DNA of 15,730 bases. Origin: Candidatus Subterrananammoxibius californiae (GTDB lineage Bacteria > Planctomycetota > Brocadiia > Brocadiales > Subterrananammoxibiaceae). Shown one piece after another: positions 14,432 through 15,730 of the stretch. Both the position numbers and the translations under genes were made by a program. Where the stretch lies: the NCBI GenBank assembly GCA_030586555.1, contig JAURAC010000044.1:1-15730 (forward strand). The letters are read 5' to 3'. The notes under the pieces are model-generated. The model saw only the letters and a program-made list of their open reading frames with translations, did not search any database and had not been told where the DNA came from. The first letter of the stretch is position 1; each line of letters opens with the position of its first letter.

Positions 14432-15727
14432 TCAAAAATATCTGAAGTATATATACACCGTGGACAATAAAAGTGTCATAATGGTTACAGGAATGCCATA
14501 TCTCAAATATTTACCAAATGAGAAATTTATGTTTGCTTTTTTTGCCATCTCAGAAACAACTACGTTGCATGCCGCTGAAATTATAGTAAAATTCCCTCCG
14601 AGGCATGCGCCGAGCGCCATAGCCCACCATATTGGAGCTGCCTGGGCATCCGGTAAGCATAATGACAAGGAACATCCACAGTCCTTAACATGTGCAACCA
14701 AAGTAATCAAAAGAGCCGTAGCAGGTACTGAGCCCAAAAAGGCAGAGGCAATGGCAGACACCCAGAGAATCAATATCGCAAGTAGCAAAGGAGACTCTGT
14801 CATGGCTGTTATTAAATGAGAAACCCTTTCAATCATTCCTACATCCTTAAGGCTTCCCACAAGGATAAATAATCCGATAAAAAAGAACAGCGACGTCCAT
14901 TCAATATAATGCGAAAGTACCTTTTCAGGATTTTTCTTAGTAACTATCAAGAGCAGCGCAGCCCCCGTTATAGCCACGATAGACGGCTCCTCAATACCAA
15001 GATGGTTGTAAGTAATAAAACCAATCAAAGTCAATCCTAAGACGATTAACGATTTTATTAGCAAACCCTTGTCTTTAATCATACCCGTTTCATTAAGGTT
15101 CATAATAACGGCTTTATAGTCCTCGGCACGACTGAGGCTTTTTATGAACAAAAGCCTCAACATTATCAAAGATACTATGAGAACCACAACCACGATGGGA
15201 GTAAGGTTTTTTATAAAATCGTTAAAAGAAAAATTAGCTGCGCCACTCACCAGAATATTAGGGGGGTCGCCAATTAACGTTGCTGTTCCACCTATGTTTG
15301 CGGACAAAATGACTGCAATCAGAAATGGAATAGGGTCTACATTTAGTATTTTTGTTACAGAAATGCTTATCGGAACAAGCAAAAGAACGGTAGTAACATT
15401 ATCAAGGAAGGCAGATGCAAATGCCGTAAAAAGGGCAAAAAGGATTAGCATCCTCCATGGGTCAGCCTTTGATAATCTTATTAGTTTTACGGCAGTGTAT
15501 TCAAATATCCCTGTTTCTTTAATTACTCCGACTATTATCATCATTCCCGTTAAGAGGATTATGGTGTTATAGTCAACGAACTTAAAAATGGCGTCATTAT
15601 AACTCACAAATTTAGCGCAAATCATAATTGCCGCCCCCATAAGCGCTACAGATGTGCGTGGCAGTAGTTCGATAACTATGAGTATGTAGGTTACAGAAAA
15701 TATTCCGAGGACAATATATGGTTTCAT
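14432..15727 (-). CDS. ArsB/NhaD (IT superfamily, CitMHS/SLC13-like) permease
   Basis: 431 aa with many TM helices; SAFLDNVTT, ANIGGTATLIGDPPNI and WWAMALGACLGGNFTIISAACN. The start lies at the window edge. Confidence 0.88.
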   Translation of the reverse strand: MKPYIVLGIFSVTYILIVIELLPRTSVALMGAAIMICAKFVSYNDAIFKFVDYNTIILLTGMMIIVGVIKETGIFEYTAVKLIRLSKADPWRMLILFALFTAFASAFLDNVTTVLLLVPISISVTKILNVDPIPFLIAVILSANIGGTATLIGDPPNILVSGAANFSFNDFIKNLTPIVVVVLIVSLIMLRLLFIKSLSRAEDYKAVIMNLNETGMIKDKGLLIKSLIVLGLTLIGFITYNHLGIEEPSIVAITGAALLLIVTKKNPEKVLSHYIEWTSLFFFIGLFILVGSLKDVGMIERVSHLITAMTESPLLLAILILWVSAIASAFLGSVPATALLITLVAHVKDCGCSLSLCLPDAQAAPIWWAMALGACLGGNFTIISAACNVVVSEMAKKANINFSFGKYLRYGIPVTIMTLLLSTVYIYFRYF

Positions 15728-15730
15728 AGG

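Overview
A low-GC bacterial chromosomal window, possibly from an anaerobic diderm such as a Brocadiia-like planctomycete (the taxon is an inference). The minus strand on the left carries an N-terminal glycyl-radical enzyme fragment missed by the ORF track, a 2TM + P-loop (STAND-like) + helical-repeat protein, and an OmpP1/FadL porin behind a perfect sigma70 promoter and a long structured leader with a terminator. The plus strand carries cimA, rdgB, a small membrane protein, a DUF362 Fe-S protein, a nucleotidyltransferase/small-protein pair, an AlkP-superfamily protein, cysC and another small-gene pair whose second gene lacks a start codon. A secreted Cys-rich protein and an ArsB/NhaD-type permease lie on the minus strand. 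Two non-annotated signals stand out. (1) The nucleotidyltransferase pair sits between two copies of the downstream gene's promoter, RBS and first 15 codons, and is bounded by inverted repeats. (2) A dense, nested population of short palindromic elements fills most intergenic spaces and also appears as in-frame insertions inside rdgB (twice, with CCTTC/GAAGG flanking duplications) and probably inside the AlkP gene.
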